From: a virus
Strand: one strand, 5' to 3'
Length of the DNA: 64,000 nt
IMG/VR virus record: IMGVR_UViG_3300001918_000004
Each line of letters begins with the position of its first letter. The stretch's first letter is position 1. A program made the translations under genes and the position numbers. Below the pieces are notes generated by a model. It had not been told where the DNA came from. It saw only the letters and a list, made by a program, of their open reading frames with translations, and did no database searches. Positions 1 through 9,852 of this stretch are shown here, piece after piece.

Positions 1-799
1 CAGCTAAGTCCGATTCGTACGGAGACATCAATTGGTGTTCAAATACATTGTGTTTGAGTTCGACGCATCGTTTAGCCCGCTTTAAGTGTGTCTCGTAGGT
101 TTCAGTCGTGTCGTTGTTGTAACTAATCCGAGCACAACACGAACCGGATACAGCGAGATGCTTAAGTGGAATGCCTTGTGTCGGTAACGGATCAGGGCAT
201 TGCTCAATGAACGGAATATGCCATTCACCTGGATACAGCATCGTTGGCGTAGATTCGTAATGAATTTCACGAATCTGCTCTGCTAAACGCCGAATCGCCG
301 GATATACCCCGTCAGCACAACGCAATCGAAACCAATTATCCCAACCGTAGTGATCTGCGGTAATCACACAAACAGACCACGACCAGGGATGTAACACTAA
401 GTTGGTTTCTTGTTTATGAATACCAATGCGTTTCAGCCACAGTTGCACGTCGTATGCGCTGTATCGAAAATCATCCCACGCTAAACCAGCTTCGAGACAT
501 TGATCTTCCGTTGCAGGCGCACCTGACATTCCTTTTTGTTCGGCAGTCCACAACGGTTCATACGGGTCTTCGTTAACACGGGCGGCTAATCTGTCAGCGG
601 GAATTGCCCGTGATGAGTTAGCGTTTAAACTCAAATAAGAGTCTGAGGAACCGAGTCCCATTACATCGTCTGTCTGCACAAATAGACGATGAGTTCGCAA
701 CTCGGCTAACTTTACGGTTGGGACTTCAACAAGATAGGTTGTGACGCGAATACCAGTTAACGCCGCAACACTGTCGGCTTTTAATTGAGGTAATTTCAT
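1..799 (-). CDS. thyX: Flavin-dependent thymidylate synthase ThyX (partial; runs off the window edge; absent from the ORF track)
   Basis: Manual translation from ATG at 799: MKLPQLKADSV...LAELRTHR...SLNANSSRAIP...GIHKQETN...WDNWFRLRC...GEWHIPF...CARISY...VFEHQ. The ATG overlaps the dUTPase stop (TAATG). Confidence 0.85.
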   Translation of the reverse strand, partial: MKLPQLKADSVAALTGIRVTTYLVEVPTVKLAELRTHRLFVQTDDVMGLGSSDSYLSLNANSSRAIPADRLAARVNEDPYEPLWTAEQKGMSGAPATEDQCLEAGLAWDDFRYSAYDVQLWLKRIGIHKQETNLVLHPWSWSVCVITADHYGWDNWFRLRCADGVYPAIRRLAEQIREIHYESTPTMLYPGEWHIPFIEQCPDPLPTQGIPLKHLAVSGSCCARISYNNDTTETYETHLKRAKRCVELKHNVFEHQLMSPYESDLA

Positions 800-1419
800 T
801 AGTGTGATCCTGAACTACCGAATCCGTTGACACCTCGCTCATTGTCCGGTTGCGCTTCTGTTAACAGCGTTGGCACGTCTTTCACAGCCGGATCGACATA
901 CACAGCGTTAACTGGATCGTCAAACGCTACTGTTGGATCGTCTGTGGGATCTTCGTCTGGGTCGGCAACCACAACGATGTTTTTGGGTGTGTAAAGCAGC
1001 ACAGGAGCAAACACAACTTGAGCGATTTTTTGATGTTGGGTGATGGTCAAAACATCGCGACTCAAATTGATGATCAAGACTTGGATTTCTCCGATGTAGC
1101 CGTTATCTATAGTTCCAGGGCTGTTGACAATCGAGATGCCAAGGGAACCCAAGCCGGATTTAGGGCGTACTTGCAACTCAATGGTTAGGTCAGCACCTAA
1201 CACCCATTGGCATAGTTTACGCACCCAAAACGGGACTTTTGGAATTAAAGCATGGCAGCCGGTGTCGAAGGTGTACCGGTCTCCAGGCTGTAATTGAACG
1301 GCTGCATCCGACTTTAAATTAGCTCTGACATCTAAACCAGAATCCGTAGCATAGGCACGGGTAGGTTGTAGTTTTTCAGACAGACAGACAAATTGGGCGA
1401 CTCTATTCAAGCGTTTCAT
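799..1419 (-). CDS. dut: Trimeric dUTPase
   Basis: Motifs DSGLDVRA, RPKSGLG, NSPGTIDNGYIGEI, KIAQVV, RGVNGFGSSG. Probable start is the ATG at 1419. There is an acidic linker before motif 5. Confidence 0.95.
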   Translation of the reverse strand: MKRLNRVAQFVCLSEKLQPTRAYATDSGLDVRANLKSDAAVQLQPGDRYTFDTGCHALIPKVPFWVRKLCQWVLGADLTIELQVRPKSGLGSLGISIVNSPGTIDNGYIGEIQVLIINLSRDVLTITQHQKIAQVVFAPVLLYTPKNIVVVADPDEDPTDDPTVAFDDPVNAVYVDPAVKDVPTLLTEAQPDNERGVNGFGSSGSH

Positions 1420-1747
1420 GGGGTAACTCATGCATGCGAAGGATATAACGCAAAACGACAGGGGGTATAACAAAATCAGTTAAGACTTCTGGGTACGTCT
1501 GACTGTCGTATCGCTTTTGAAAACAAATCGGCAATCGTGGAGCCACGTAGCTCCATTGAACTTCTTGGTTCCTGACGGTTAAACGAGCTTCACCGTAGGG
1601 CCACCACGAGTTGTTTGGCGACCAAGATAACGCCACAAACTCATCGGATTCGTGCGACGTTACTCGGGGTTCAGGGAAGTTTAAGTCTTCGAGTTCTGCC
1701 TGAATTACAGACAAAATTCGCTGTCGAGTAATGTGTTCGCGCGTCAC
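1403..1747 (-). CDS. Hypothetical protein
   Basis: 114-aa ORF overlapping both neighbours in the operon. Confidence 0.6.
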   Translation of the reverse strand: MTREHITRQRILSVIQAELEDLNFPEPRVTSHESDEFVALSWSPNNSWWPYGEARLTVRNQEVQWSYVAPRLPICFQKRYDSQTYPEVLTDFVIPPVVLRYILRMHELPHETLE

Positions 1748-2421
1748 GAAAGTACCTCTTCATCTAGTTGAAACTTAGGCATAGTGCCTGACCAAATCAT
1801 GTCTTTTGAGCTTGATTCGCCTGTGTTGGACGAATAGGTTGCTCGATAAAACTGACCCAACCAAAAGAAGTAGCTGCTCAGTCGGTTCAAAAAGCGGCAC
1901 TGGTTGATGTAGCAGTCAGCTAAGTCTGGGTGCAGTCGTAACTCTTTAGTGATTTCGGGCGATTCCCACCATTCAATGAACTGCGATTCGAGTTCTCTTG
2001 TGGCAATGCGAAGTTTGTTGACGGACACACAGATCGGTCTGTAGCTGTGAATAAAGTCGGAAATTGAACCGGCTCGAAGTTTGTACCACTCGATCTCTTG
2101 AGTAATGAATTGGTACGCAGCTTCAGGGAACAAATACTCTGTGCGATTAGGTGAATTACCTTTAAACCACACAAACGCACCAAACGCATGCAATGCTTCA
2201 TTTAGCCACAAGCAGAACCGTACTGAACGAGTCATAGCTAACGGGTCAGACTGAAATACAACATGCTCGTCTATTGCTTGCTGCAACGCCTCAATCTTGC
2301 CGTAGGTTTTACATGCAGCGGAGGACTTTGACAGGATTGCTTTGTTCATGAGCAAGCTAAACCCGATGTCGCCGTTGCTTAAGCCCTCTCGGTATCCTGT
2401 TGTTAAGCGTTCTGTATCCAT
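1744..2421 (-). CDS. PduO-type ATP:cob(I)alamin adenosyltransferase-like protein
   Basis: NGDIGFSLL..SKSSAACKTYGKIEALQQAI resembles TGDxGxTSL..SKDSxRIEAYGTVDELNS. KLRIATRELE resembles ARTVCRRAER. FLNRLSSYFF resembles YLNRLSDxLF. Confidence 0.7.
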   Translation of the reverse strand: MDTERLTTGYREGLSNGDIGFSLLMNKAILSKSSAACKTYGKIEALQQAIDEHVVFQSDPLAMTRSVRFCLWLNEALHAFGAFVWFKGNSPNRTEYLFPEAAYQFITQEIEWYKLRAGSISDFIHSYRPICVSVNKLRIATRELESQFIEWWESPEITKELRLHPDLADCYINQCRFLNRLSSYFFWLGQFYRATYSSNTGESSSKDMIWSGTMPKFQLDEEVLS

Positions 2422-2445
2422 AAGTAACCTGCTGATGTGAGTGCG

Positions 2446-2964
2446 TTACGCGTGAGTTAGCGAAGTTTCAGCCTCAGTGGACTGGTTCTCTGTTTCGGTT
2501 TTATCGACAACTTTGACCGTGTACTTTAGAGTGCGTTTGTAGTATTTCACCAAATCCTTAATCACATCTGCGGTTTCAAAATTCCAAGGAAAATCTAAGG
2601 TGTAGATGAGTTTGTTTAAGGCGTCTTTGGCGCATTCTGGGTCGTTTGGGTCAAACGTGAAGCGGTTTTTATCGTGATCGTCATCGTCGTCATTGGCTGA
2701 CGCGTCGTACGGGTCGTAAGTCGCCAGGATAACCGAGGGATAGTCTAACGCCAGTTGAATCAGAATACCGGCTGCTCCTGAACCTGGAATGGGTCTCAAA
2801 GCAAAGTGAACGTTAATGGAATCTTCGTCATACACCAGCACTACATCGTACTTGTGCCGGATTTTAGGTATAGCGTTCAAACCATAACCTCGGTTAACTG
2901 CCTCTATCTTAAGCCTATTCGTTTGACTTTGAGGAAAGTCGTATTGCGGCGACATACAGCGCAC
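2446..2964 (-). CDS. Hypothetical protein
   Basis: 172-aa ORF in the operon with an acidic stretch. Confidence 0.6.
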   Translation of the reverse strand: MRCMSPQYDFPQSQTNRLKIEAVNRGYGLNAIPKIRHKYDVVLVYDEDSINVHFALRPIPGSGAAGILIQLALDYPSVILATYDPYDASANDDDDDHDKNRFTFDPNDPECAKDALNKLIYTLDFPWNFETADVIKDLVKYYKRTLKYTVKVVDKTETENQSTEAETSLTHA

Positions 2965-3098
2965 ATAGTCCGGTTCCCATTAAGGCGTACTCGATAACCA
3001 TCTCAAGTACACACCCGTACAGAACACACACCAATACCACTGTTGCCGCAATACACGTGTCCGGCCAATCCAACTTAATCATGATGATCTGCTGGAGG

Positions 3099-3398
3099 TT
3101 AAGGCTCGATGCAGCGGTCGTAGCCAATAAAACCTACGGCTGTGTGTGTAGGACTCGGGACGTTGAGTGTGTTCTCTTCGGGGTAGGGTGGTTCGTGTCT
3201 CCGGTAGGGTTCAGCTAACTCTCTCGGCACGTTTTCCATGTCGTGCAGCAGCCGTAGCATGGGATGCATTACGTCAGGCGAAGCTCCAGCTTTAATGAGT
3301 TCAATCAGCGACTCGCGTATTGCTTTACTCAACTGATCGCATACGGAAATGATTGTTTCGTTGTCTCGCATATTTGTAATCCAGGTAATTGTGAACAA
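3099..3398 (-). CDS. Hypothetical protein
   Basis: ORF in the co-oriented block; start uncertain. Confidence 0.5.
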   Translation of the reverse strand: MFTITWITNMRDNETIISVCDQLSKAIRESLIELIKAGASPDVMHPMLRLLHDMENVPRELAEPYRRHEPPYPEENTLNVPSPTHTAVGFIGYDRCIEP

Positions 3399-3737
3399 AG
3401 TCTTATGTGCGTTGCACGCTTACTTAGCGTAGAGTTTGATAACGATGTCGCAGACTAGGATGCTGCCGACGTACCACATCAACCACTCTGTTAACGACAC
3501 ACCTACTTGAGATGCTGCGTGAAATACGCACACGGAAATGCACACTGCTAAGCAGTGACTCCAAAGTGAACTAATCATCGAATCAACGGGGTTAAGGTCA
3601 ACTCGAATTTAGCCGAGCACTCGTACTTACCCGACAAGCATTGAAAGAACCGCTTCGTGTTGTACGCCGTTGCCTCTTTCGTTCTGCACTCAAAAGACAT
3701 GTGAATCAGCCATACAATAAACGAAAGCAGACATCGA

Positions 3738-3953
3738 TCAAGTCCCTTTAGCATTGAGCCGCTCCTTCCGTTTCAGACGCTCAGCTTCGAACTGATCCGC
3801 CAACTGCCAAGCGCAGCTTAAGCACTCAGTAATGTACAGCGGGTTAGGTTTAGGGTTCGCTTCAATAAAGCGATGAACGTACAGGTCAGCCATTAGCGTA
3901 ATACGGTCTAAGGATTCTTCGGCGTCGTACATCGTTTCTGGGTCTTCGTTCAT
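3738..3953 (-). CDS. Hypothetical protein
   Basis: ATG preceded by the AGAGGTTTTTT leader seen before other genes in the window. Confidence 0.65.
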   Translation of the reverse strand: MNEDPETMYDAEESLDRITLMADLYVHRFIEANPKPNPLYITECLSCAWQLADQFEAERLKRKERLNAKGT

Positions 3954-3983
3954 AAAAAACCTCTTAGGTTGTTTGGTAATGGT

Positions 3984-6900
3984 TTAGTTGCCGCCACTGA
4001 TCAGGCATTTGTCGGAATCACACGCCATTCCGCCTAAGCCTTCGTTGCGGTTAGCCTCATCTACAGCCAAGTCGTACTCACGCAAAGCAGCACTAAAGTC
4101 TGAAGTTTTACGGCGTTGTTCAACTTCAGCCACTAGCGTATGGTACGTGCCTGCATCGATAGGCTCAAACGGCAGTCTGGGAAATGTCTCTGAGTCGTTA
4201 AACCGAGCTAACAACGCCGCAGAAATGTATCCTTCATCGCTGTGAATCGCTTCAAAGATACAACGGGCTGCGATAGGAATTTCTTCACGCGTAAGCTCTA
4301 ACGTGGCAGACGTATTGAACGTTGTCCAATGCTTTTGGTTTTGCATGTAAAAATCCCACTGAGCGTCGAACGGCATCGAAGCAATGTCGATGTCGGTTTC
4401 CGCAACAGTATCCGCCCAGGAAACTTTGGTGGGGATTTCCACCAACCATTCCTTAACCCGTGGATCGTACGGGTCGTCTAATAACTTGCCGTTTGCGTCA
4501 GTAGAGCCTTGGCCTGGGACGATTTTGTAACCGTAGTCTTGGCAGGCTAACGCTACTGGATCATTGACTGCGAATGTAACCCGACGAATGAAGTATTGTC
4601 CTTTCGGCAAGTGAATGCCTGGAGACGATCCTGTTAGAAGTGATTTCGTGTTGTGAGAGTTCAGTGCGCCGGTGAAATACCATGCACCGTTATCTTCGTC
4701 CATCGCATCTACGGTAATGTCCCAGGTGCGGAGGTTTCGGATTTCAGCTTCAACTTCATTCAAGTCTCGGACTTCCTGCACTTCGTACAAGAAGGGGTTG
4801 AATGGCCCAGATTGAGCTTTACCTTGAACGCCCTTGTACAGCGGCGAATACTCTCGAAGTAACTCATCCACTCCCCATGGAGTGTTGCGCTCTTGAAAGA
4901 TCAGACGCCATGCAGGGTTCTTGTGGTAATGAATGCTGGGTTTAACGGGTTGTTCAATCAGCAACGGAATGCCGACAGCTTCGGCACACTGCTGAAAGCA
5001 CGATAGCGTTGACCAATTGGAAAACGCCACAGTCACTTTGCGGTCTTTGTTTAACCGCCCTTTCATTTCGATGACTGCACCGATAAAGGCGATAATGGCT
5101 TCCGCAGAGGACTTGCGTACAATCGTCGGTATCCGATCCGGTATGGCGTTGCCGTCAAGCTTTGCTACGCCGGTACGCTCTAACCACCGAGCTAACGCTG
5201 GAAATGTGATACTGGCTTCAAAGACTTTATTGCTACGGTTATTCAGTTTCAGTTTAATTTGAAACAACTCTTTAACCGCATCAGACAACACCTTAAAAGC
5301 ATGCTCACGTTTGGTAGTGAACCAAATAGTATCTTCGCCTTCACCGTACGAATAACCGCATACCCAATACATCGCTAAAAAACGAGCAACAGGTGCAGTG
5401 ATGACGTTTAAATGCTGTACGGCATACACATCACCATCTTCTTGACGCGTAACGTGCGGAAACTTAGACGTGTAATTACCTAACACATGGAAACAAACAT
5501 CCCCAGGTTGCAGGTCTTTAGCGCACTTCCACTCGCCCGTATTGTGCATCTGAATGCGGTGGTTACGGGTGAAGTAGATTTGACGACCGTTACGGAACAC
5601 CACTAAACGCAACGGTTGATAGGTGTTGGTAAAGCTCAGTAGGCTCGGAATGCCGCGAACGGAACGGCTGGAGCATTTTTCAGCTTCGTCGTAATACAAA
5701 AGACCTTGATCTAGGTTACGCACTTGCAGAAGATCTGTGCAGCCTGCGGGTTGGTGTCCCGTAAACCGAGTCGGGCAGCGAAGGTTTTGTTGCTTGCAGT
5801 ACAAGCTAATTGTACGTTCGACAACCTCTTTCCATTGACTTAACAACGTCCGCTCTAAGTACAGAAACACTAAGCTTTCGCAAGCTTGATACCCTGCGAT
5901 GTCATGCTCTTTGTGAATGGACAGCGGGATGTAGTCTAACGTCTGTACTGTTTTACCCCACCGGTGCGGGCGACCGGCTTGCCACCACTCTAACCAACGC
6001 TGACCAAACAACGCTACAAAGTAGTCCACGGCTCCAGTAAAGGTGACTTGAGTAATGGGATCAATCTCTCTACTGTATCTAAAGCGATCTTCGTGGAAGT
6101 TTTGATGCAGGTGACTGGCGTTCATCAACGCACTAACAATAAATGCTAACTTGATGCGGGTTAGATCCCATGGTGTGTTTACGAACCGAATCAAGTGAAC
6201 GTCGCTTAGACTGCACATGAAATCTGATCCGATCACCTCACCGCAGTTATGAACAACCAACTGATTCGCTAACGTAAACCGATGCGTGTCTTCGACTGTA
6301 CAGCAATACACTGGAGCCGTTGTATCTAAGTTGCGAACACGACGCACCGTAAAATACTTGTCGATGCTTGTGGGAATGTCTGGCATGGGGATTGCAGTAT
6401 CTCGCTGCAACCGCTTAAGCGGCAGACGCACCGCAATAGACAACGCATGAATACCTGCACAACGGACTCTAATGCGACGGGTTTCTGGATCTAAACGCCG
6501 AATGGAGTAGATACGGTTCAGTTGCAGCAGCGTTTGCACGACTTGAGCTTCGTCGTCAGAGCGCATGATTACGTCGTACGTTGGTAACAAATTCTTACCC
6601 GCACCTAAGTACGATCCAAACGCATCATAAAAACCAGCCAAAAACGATAACTGATACGGAGATCCGAGCGTAAACACTAGCTGAAGGGTATCCGCATCAA
6701 ACTGGCGTTCGTAACCCCAAACGTACGCATCTTCTTCCGTAACGTTGCTGTCTTTGTCTGCAAGCATTAAAGCGCGCTGACCTGTTTCGGGAGATGTATT
6801 TGCGTAAAGCGGTGTCCAGTGAAGCACATCGCCTTTCACTAACTCATCGGCGTGTTTAGTCTGATCCAGCCCTAACAGAAAGAACTTGTGCTCTGGCGTA

Positions 6901-8846
6901 CACGTAACAGTTAAGCCGCTGTACAGCGTAATCTCAACCAACGGTGAATCTGCTTCGGTTTGTCTAAAGCGGGTATTCACCCATTCCGAACCAGTCCACA
7001 CCGTTACATCTTTCCCTACGATGTCTTTGATTTGACGCACACCTTTGTGGGTTGCAACGAACGTTTCACCAACAAAACATGGATTCGTGCCGTAACGCAA
7101 CAAGCGGTGACGTAATTCGGGGTAAGGCATCTGCGGATAATGCTCTCTAATCCAGGCCTCACCTTGCCCTTCGTCTAATGCTCGAATGAAAGACAGCTTT
7201 TCTGAACGGGTGTGCCATAGGTCAGCGTTACACCGAGCAATTGACTCGTTAGCGTAAAGAATCGCACCTTCACCGGATTCGTACTGTTTCGTGACGGCCT
7301 CTAACACTTCTTCGTAGGTCGGCTTGTGATGGAACACTCGAGACAGATTCGCCATACGCATGGCATCACGGTCTGGATCTATGACCCAACTCCCGTCCGG
7401 TTTCTGCTCCCACAAATTGTCTTTAGCGACTTTGAACCGCTGATCTGCGTAATTTCCGATTTGAATGTTCGCAGAGTTGTGCGTCAACACACCATTCGCA
7501 AAGAAGCAGTGGGCTTCTTCCACTTCGATGTCGAGCACTGGAACGAGGTTGTGTAATCGCTTATGCACAATCAAATCCGGTACTAACCCATCCGGCGTGT
7601 TGCGGAGCATGTAATCGCCGGTGTACGTGAAGATAGCGGGAGACCACACGGCTTCTGGGTAGTAACGGCACGGCGTTTCAGGTTCTTTGCCAGCGATACG
7701 CAAGATGCGGTACTGAAGCGAGTCTTTAATGATTACGGCGTTGCGGTGTCGATCTGTACAACGCAGTGCCGTACCACTTTCAAGCATGAACTCCCACGTC
7801 TGCTGGTAGCCTTGCCGAAAGACGTTTAGCACTTTACGCAGACCGATGGGGGTCTGCACTAAATCCCCAACTTGAATGTCTTTGATTGGGACTGCGCCTT
7901 TGTCTGTGTCTATCGGAGTATCTTCAGGTAAGCAACGACGGACGTTTCCGGCAACCACTGCAAGACCGGCTTCGTTGAGCAACAAGCACGCTGTTACACT
8001 GTCCAAACGTGAATCTAACGCGTTGTTCAAATACCGAGCGGCGTTGATGAAAAGATCAGGCAATCGGCTAGGGTTACTACGACCGCCAAACCCTTTAATA
8101 CGCGCACCTTGTTTACGGACGTGGCTAATATCGACAACGACGTGAATAGGCTCTGTTTCAGATACGCCTTGCGCTACGTTTGGCGGAAGTTCTGTGTCTG
8201 ATGTAGCTAACCGCATGAAAGAGCGATACGCTTCAACCCAGCCTTCTCTACTGTCTCCAACGCGAATCGTGACCTGTAGCACGTTGTCCGAGTTGCGTTC
8301 AGCGTACTTTGTGGTTTTTGGATACCCTGGATGGACTGCACCAAACGAACCTTGAATCTCCACCGAAAGTCTGTGACAGATGAATGGAGCTTTTTCAGGT
8401 TCCAAAAATACAAGCTCTAGGTTTGCACCTGTACCTGAACCTTGACACAGCAAATCAAACAATACGGCGATGTCGTCTGTATTTTCGATGTTGCGGGAGC
8501 AGCAGTTGTACAGCCCGTAATAGTTTTCAGGGCGTTGTGACCATTCGGTTCCGGCGACCCATAAGTTGCGTCCGCTGGGTAGTGCGTACAGCGAATACAG
8601 ATGCGAGTACAGCAGCGAATCTGTATCTAGCTGCCGATAAAAATCCTCGACTTGTTCTGGGGTATAGCCTAACGCCTGTAAAAACTGGCGTTCGTATTCG
8701 GGTGAGACTTTACCCATGGACACGAGTCCGTCATACACGCGTTTGCAGGTTTCTGGCCATGTTTCACGAGACCCATCCTTGTGAAATCGAGCGTATGTCC
8801 GAAAATACACGGGATCTGCGAGGGGAGCGTTAGCGGGGAAATACAT
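3984..8846 (-). CDS. nrdJ: Class II (adenosylcobalamin-dependent) ribonucleotide reductase with three inteins; about 825 aa after splicing
   Basis: PVYFRTYAR..ETW, PSGRNLW, YNCC, VVAGNVRR/SA, TNP/CGE active-site loop, QPAG/TKSLL, C-terminal ACDSDKC. Probable start is the ATG at 8846. Confidence 0.93.
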   Translation of the reverse strand: MYFPANAPLADPVYFRTYARFHKDGSRETWPETCKRVYDGLVSMGKVSPEYERQFLQALGYTPEQVEDFYRQLDTDSLLYSHLYSLYALPSGRNLWVAGTEWSQRPENYYGLYNCCSRNIENTDDIAVLFDLLCQGSGTGANLELVFLEPEKAPFICHRLSVEIQGSFGAVHPGYPKTTKYAERNSDNVLQVTIRVGDSREGWVEAYRSFMRLATSDTELPPNVAQGVSETEPIHVVVDISHVRKQGARIKGFGGRSNPSRLPDLFINAARYLNNALDSRLDSVTACLLLNEAGLAVVAGNVRRCLPEDTPIDTDKGAVPIKDIQVGDLVQTPIGLRKVLNVFRQGYQQTWEFMLESGTALRCTDRHRNAVIIKDSLQYRILRIAGKEPETPCRYYPEAVWSPAIFTYTGDYMLRNTPDGLVPDLIVHKRLHNLVPVLDIEVEEAHCFFANGVLTHNSANIQIGNYADQRFKVAKDNLWEQKPDGSWVIDPDRDAMRMANLSRVFHHKPTYEEVLEAVTKQYESGEGAILYANESIARCNADLWHTRSEKLSFIRALDEGQGEAWIREHYPQMPYPELRHRLLRYGTNPCFVGETFVATHKGVRQIKDIVGKDVTVWTGSEWVNTRFRQTEADSPLVEITLYSGLTVTCTPEHKFFLLGLDQTKHADELVKGDVLHWTPLYANTSPETGQRALMLADKDSNVTEEDAYVWGYERQFDADTLQLVFTLGSPYQLSFLAGFYDAFGSYLGAGKNLLPTYDVIMRSDDEAQVVQTLLQLNRIYSIRRLDPETRRIRVRCAGIHALSIAVRLPLKRLQRDTAIPMPDIPTSIDKYFTVRRVRNLDTTAPVYCCTVEDTHRFTLANQLVVHNCGEVIGSDFMCSLSDVHLIRFVNTPWDLTRIKLAFIVSALMNASHLHQNFHEDRFRYSREIDPITQVTFTGAVDYFVALFGQRWLEWWQAGRPHRWGKTVQTLDYIPLSIHKEHDIAGYQACESLVFLYLERTLLSQWKEVVERTISLYCKQQNLRCPTRFTGHQPAGCTDLLQVRNLDQGLLYYDEAEKCSSRSVRGIPSLLSFTNTYQPLRLVVFRNGRQIYFTRNHRIQMHNTGEWKCAKDLQPGDVCFHVLGNYTSKFPHVTRQEDGDVYAVQHLNVITAPVARFLAMYWVCGYSYGEGEDTIWFTTKREHAFKVLSDAVKELFQIKLKLNNRSNKVFEASITFPALARWLERTGVAKLDGNAIPDRIPTIVRKSSAEAIIAFIGAVIEMKGRLNKDRKVTVAFSNWSTLSCFQQCAEAVGIPLLIEQPVKPSIHYHKNPAWRLIFQERNTPWGVDELLREYSPLYKGVQGKAQSGPFNPFLYEVQEVRDLNEVEAEIRNLRTWDITVDAMDEDNGAWYFTGALNSHNTKSLLTGSSPGIHLPKGQYFIRRVTFAVNDPVALACQDYGYKIVPGQGSTDANGKLLDDPYDPRVKEWLVEIPTKVSWADTVAETDIDIASMPFDAQWDFYMQNQKHWTTFNTSATLELTREEIPIAARCIFEAIHSDEGYISAALLARFNDSETFPRLPFEPIDAGTYHTLVAEVEQRRKTSDFSAALREYDLAVDEANRNEGLGGMACDSDKCLISGGN
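4650..5741 (-). mobile_element. Intein 3 in NrdJ (364 aa, LAGLIDADG-like endonuclease)
   Basis: Begins CTDLLQV, has FTRNH and AFIGAVIEMKG, ends TGALNSHN; +1 residue is Thr. Confidence 0.85.
6246..7079 (-). mobile_element. Intein 2 in NrdJ (278 aa, partial LAGLIDADG region)
   Basis: Begins CFVGETFV, has CTPEH and FLAGFYDAFG, ends LANQLVVHN; +1 residue is the Cys of NP-C-GE. Confidence 0.9.
7476..7934 (-). mobile_element. Mini-intein 1 in NrdJ (153 aa, no endonuclease)
   Basis: Begins CLPEDTPIDT, has block B CTDRH, ends FFANGVLTHN; +1 residue is Ser. Confidence 0.9.
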
Positions 8847-8859
8847 AGTAACCACAGTG

Positions 8860-9852
8860 TTAGGGAAGACAATGAAGCGAACCAATCAACACCTGACTTG
8901 CAGGACTGACCGGCGTGTAGGCGTGTGTAAGTTTTCCGGTGTGCGGAATTTGCTCCACATACCGGACACGTAACTTACTCTTTTCTTGCCGCAATCCGTT
9001 CAACTGGTTGCGACGAAACATCTTGTGATACTGACTTAAAGACCGAACATGTTCTTGCTCTCTGAAAAACCGCAACGCCGGTTCGACAGATAACGGAATG
9101 ACTCGGTGATCAAACTTACGCAGGGTCACATAGTAGCTAAACGGTAATGTGCCCCAGGCCTGTCCTTGGTTCATCAAGTCCAAACCTTTGGATGACGTAA
9201 AGACTTTCTTGCTGTAACAGACTTCAAACGGAAGGTTTAGACGCGCTAAAACAGATGCCAGAACTTGAGCACTTTCTTTGTCGGGCACACGGACACGACA
9301 ACCGATAGTTAAATTTTTGGTGATGTGCCAGTAACCCACTACAGAACACATCCGACCTACAAATTCCCACAAAGATTCTTCTGTAAGTTCTTTGAAATAT
9401 TCAAGCAAATACGCAGCTAGTGATGTGCGTTCAGATACGAGTCGCAGCAGCAGTTCATCATCGTCGTGATACCCGACATTGACGTGCGGAATTTGTTCAC
9501 CGTAACGCCGAATGGATGGCGATGTAGCTTTGACCGGCGGTACATAAAACGCCGGTTGCAGGGCTGTGTTTTCGATAGTGTCTGCTTGGTTTAGGTGTTG
9601 ATGTACAGACATATCACCTAACGCTGTCGGCAATCGTTGATCCTCTGTTACGTCTATGCTGTAGCCATTGCTTAGCGTTAAGCGATAGAGCGCAACAGAG
9701 TTCGGCACAACGATTTGCTTGAACTGCATCGGTAGCCACATCAGTCCGGTGCTAACCAAAACAGGATCGGCGTACTTCCAGGCGTCTGCAACCGACATCA
9801 ATCCAAATCTGGTAATCAGGACATTAGTTCCGAGAACGGCCATTAGATGCAA
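8860..9852 (-). CDS. Free-standing degenerate intein-like (Hint + LAGLIDADG-like) protein
   Basis: AVLGTNVLITRFGLMSVAD resembles block A; LYRLTLSNGYSIDVTEDQR resembles block B with His replaced by Gln; EFVGRMCSVVG resembles LAGLIDADG; the C-terminal beta region lacks the terminal HN. Confidence 0.6.
   Translation of the reverse strand: MHLMAVLGTNVLITRFGLMSVADAWKYADPVLVSTGLMWLPMQFKQIVVPNSVALYRLTLSNGYSIDVTEDQRLPTALGDMSVHQHLNQADTIENTALQPAFYVPPVKATSPSIRRYGEQIPHVNVGYHDDDELLLRLVSERTSLAAYLLEYFKELTEESLWEFVGRMCSVVGYWHITKNLTIGCRVRVPDKESAQVLASVLARLNLPFEVCYSKKVFTSSKGLDLMNQGQAWGTLPFSYYVTLRKFDHRVIPLSVEPALRFFREQEHVRSLSQYHKMFRRNQLNGLRQEKSKLRVRYVEQIPHTGKLTHAYTPVSPASQVLIGSLHCLP

Noticed and set aside
82-270. 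62-aa minus-strand ORF from the track
   Set aside because: It lies out of frame inside thyX
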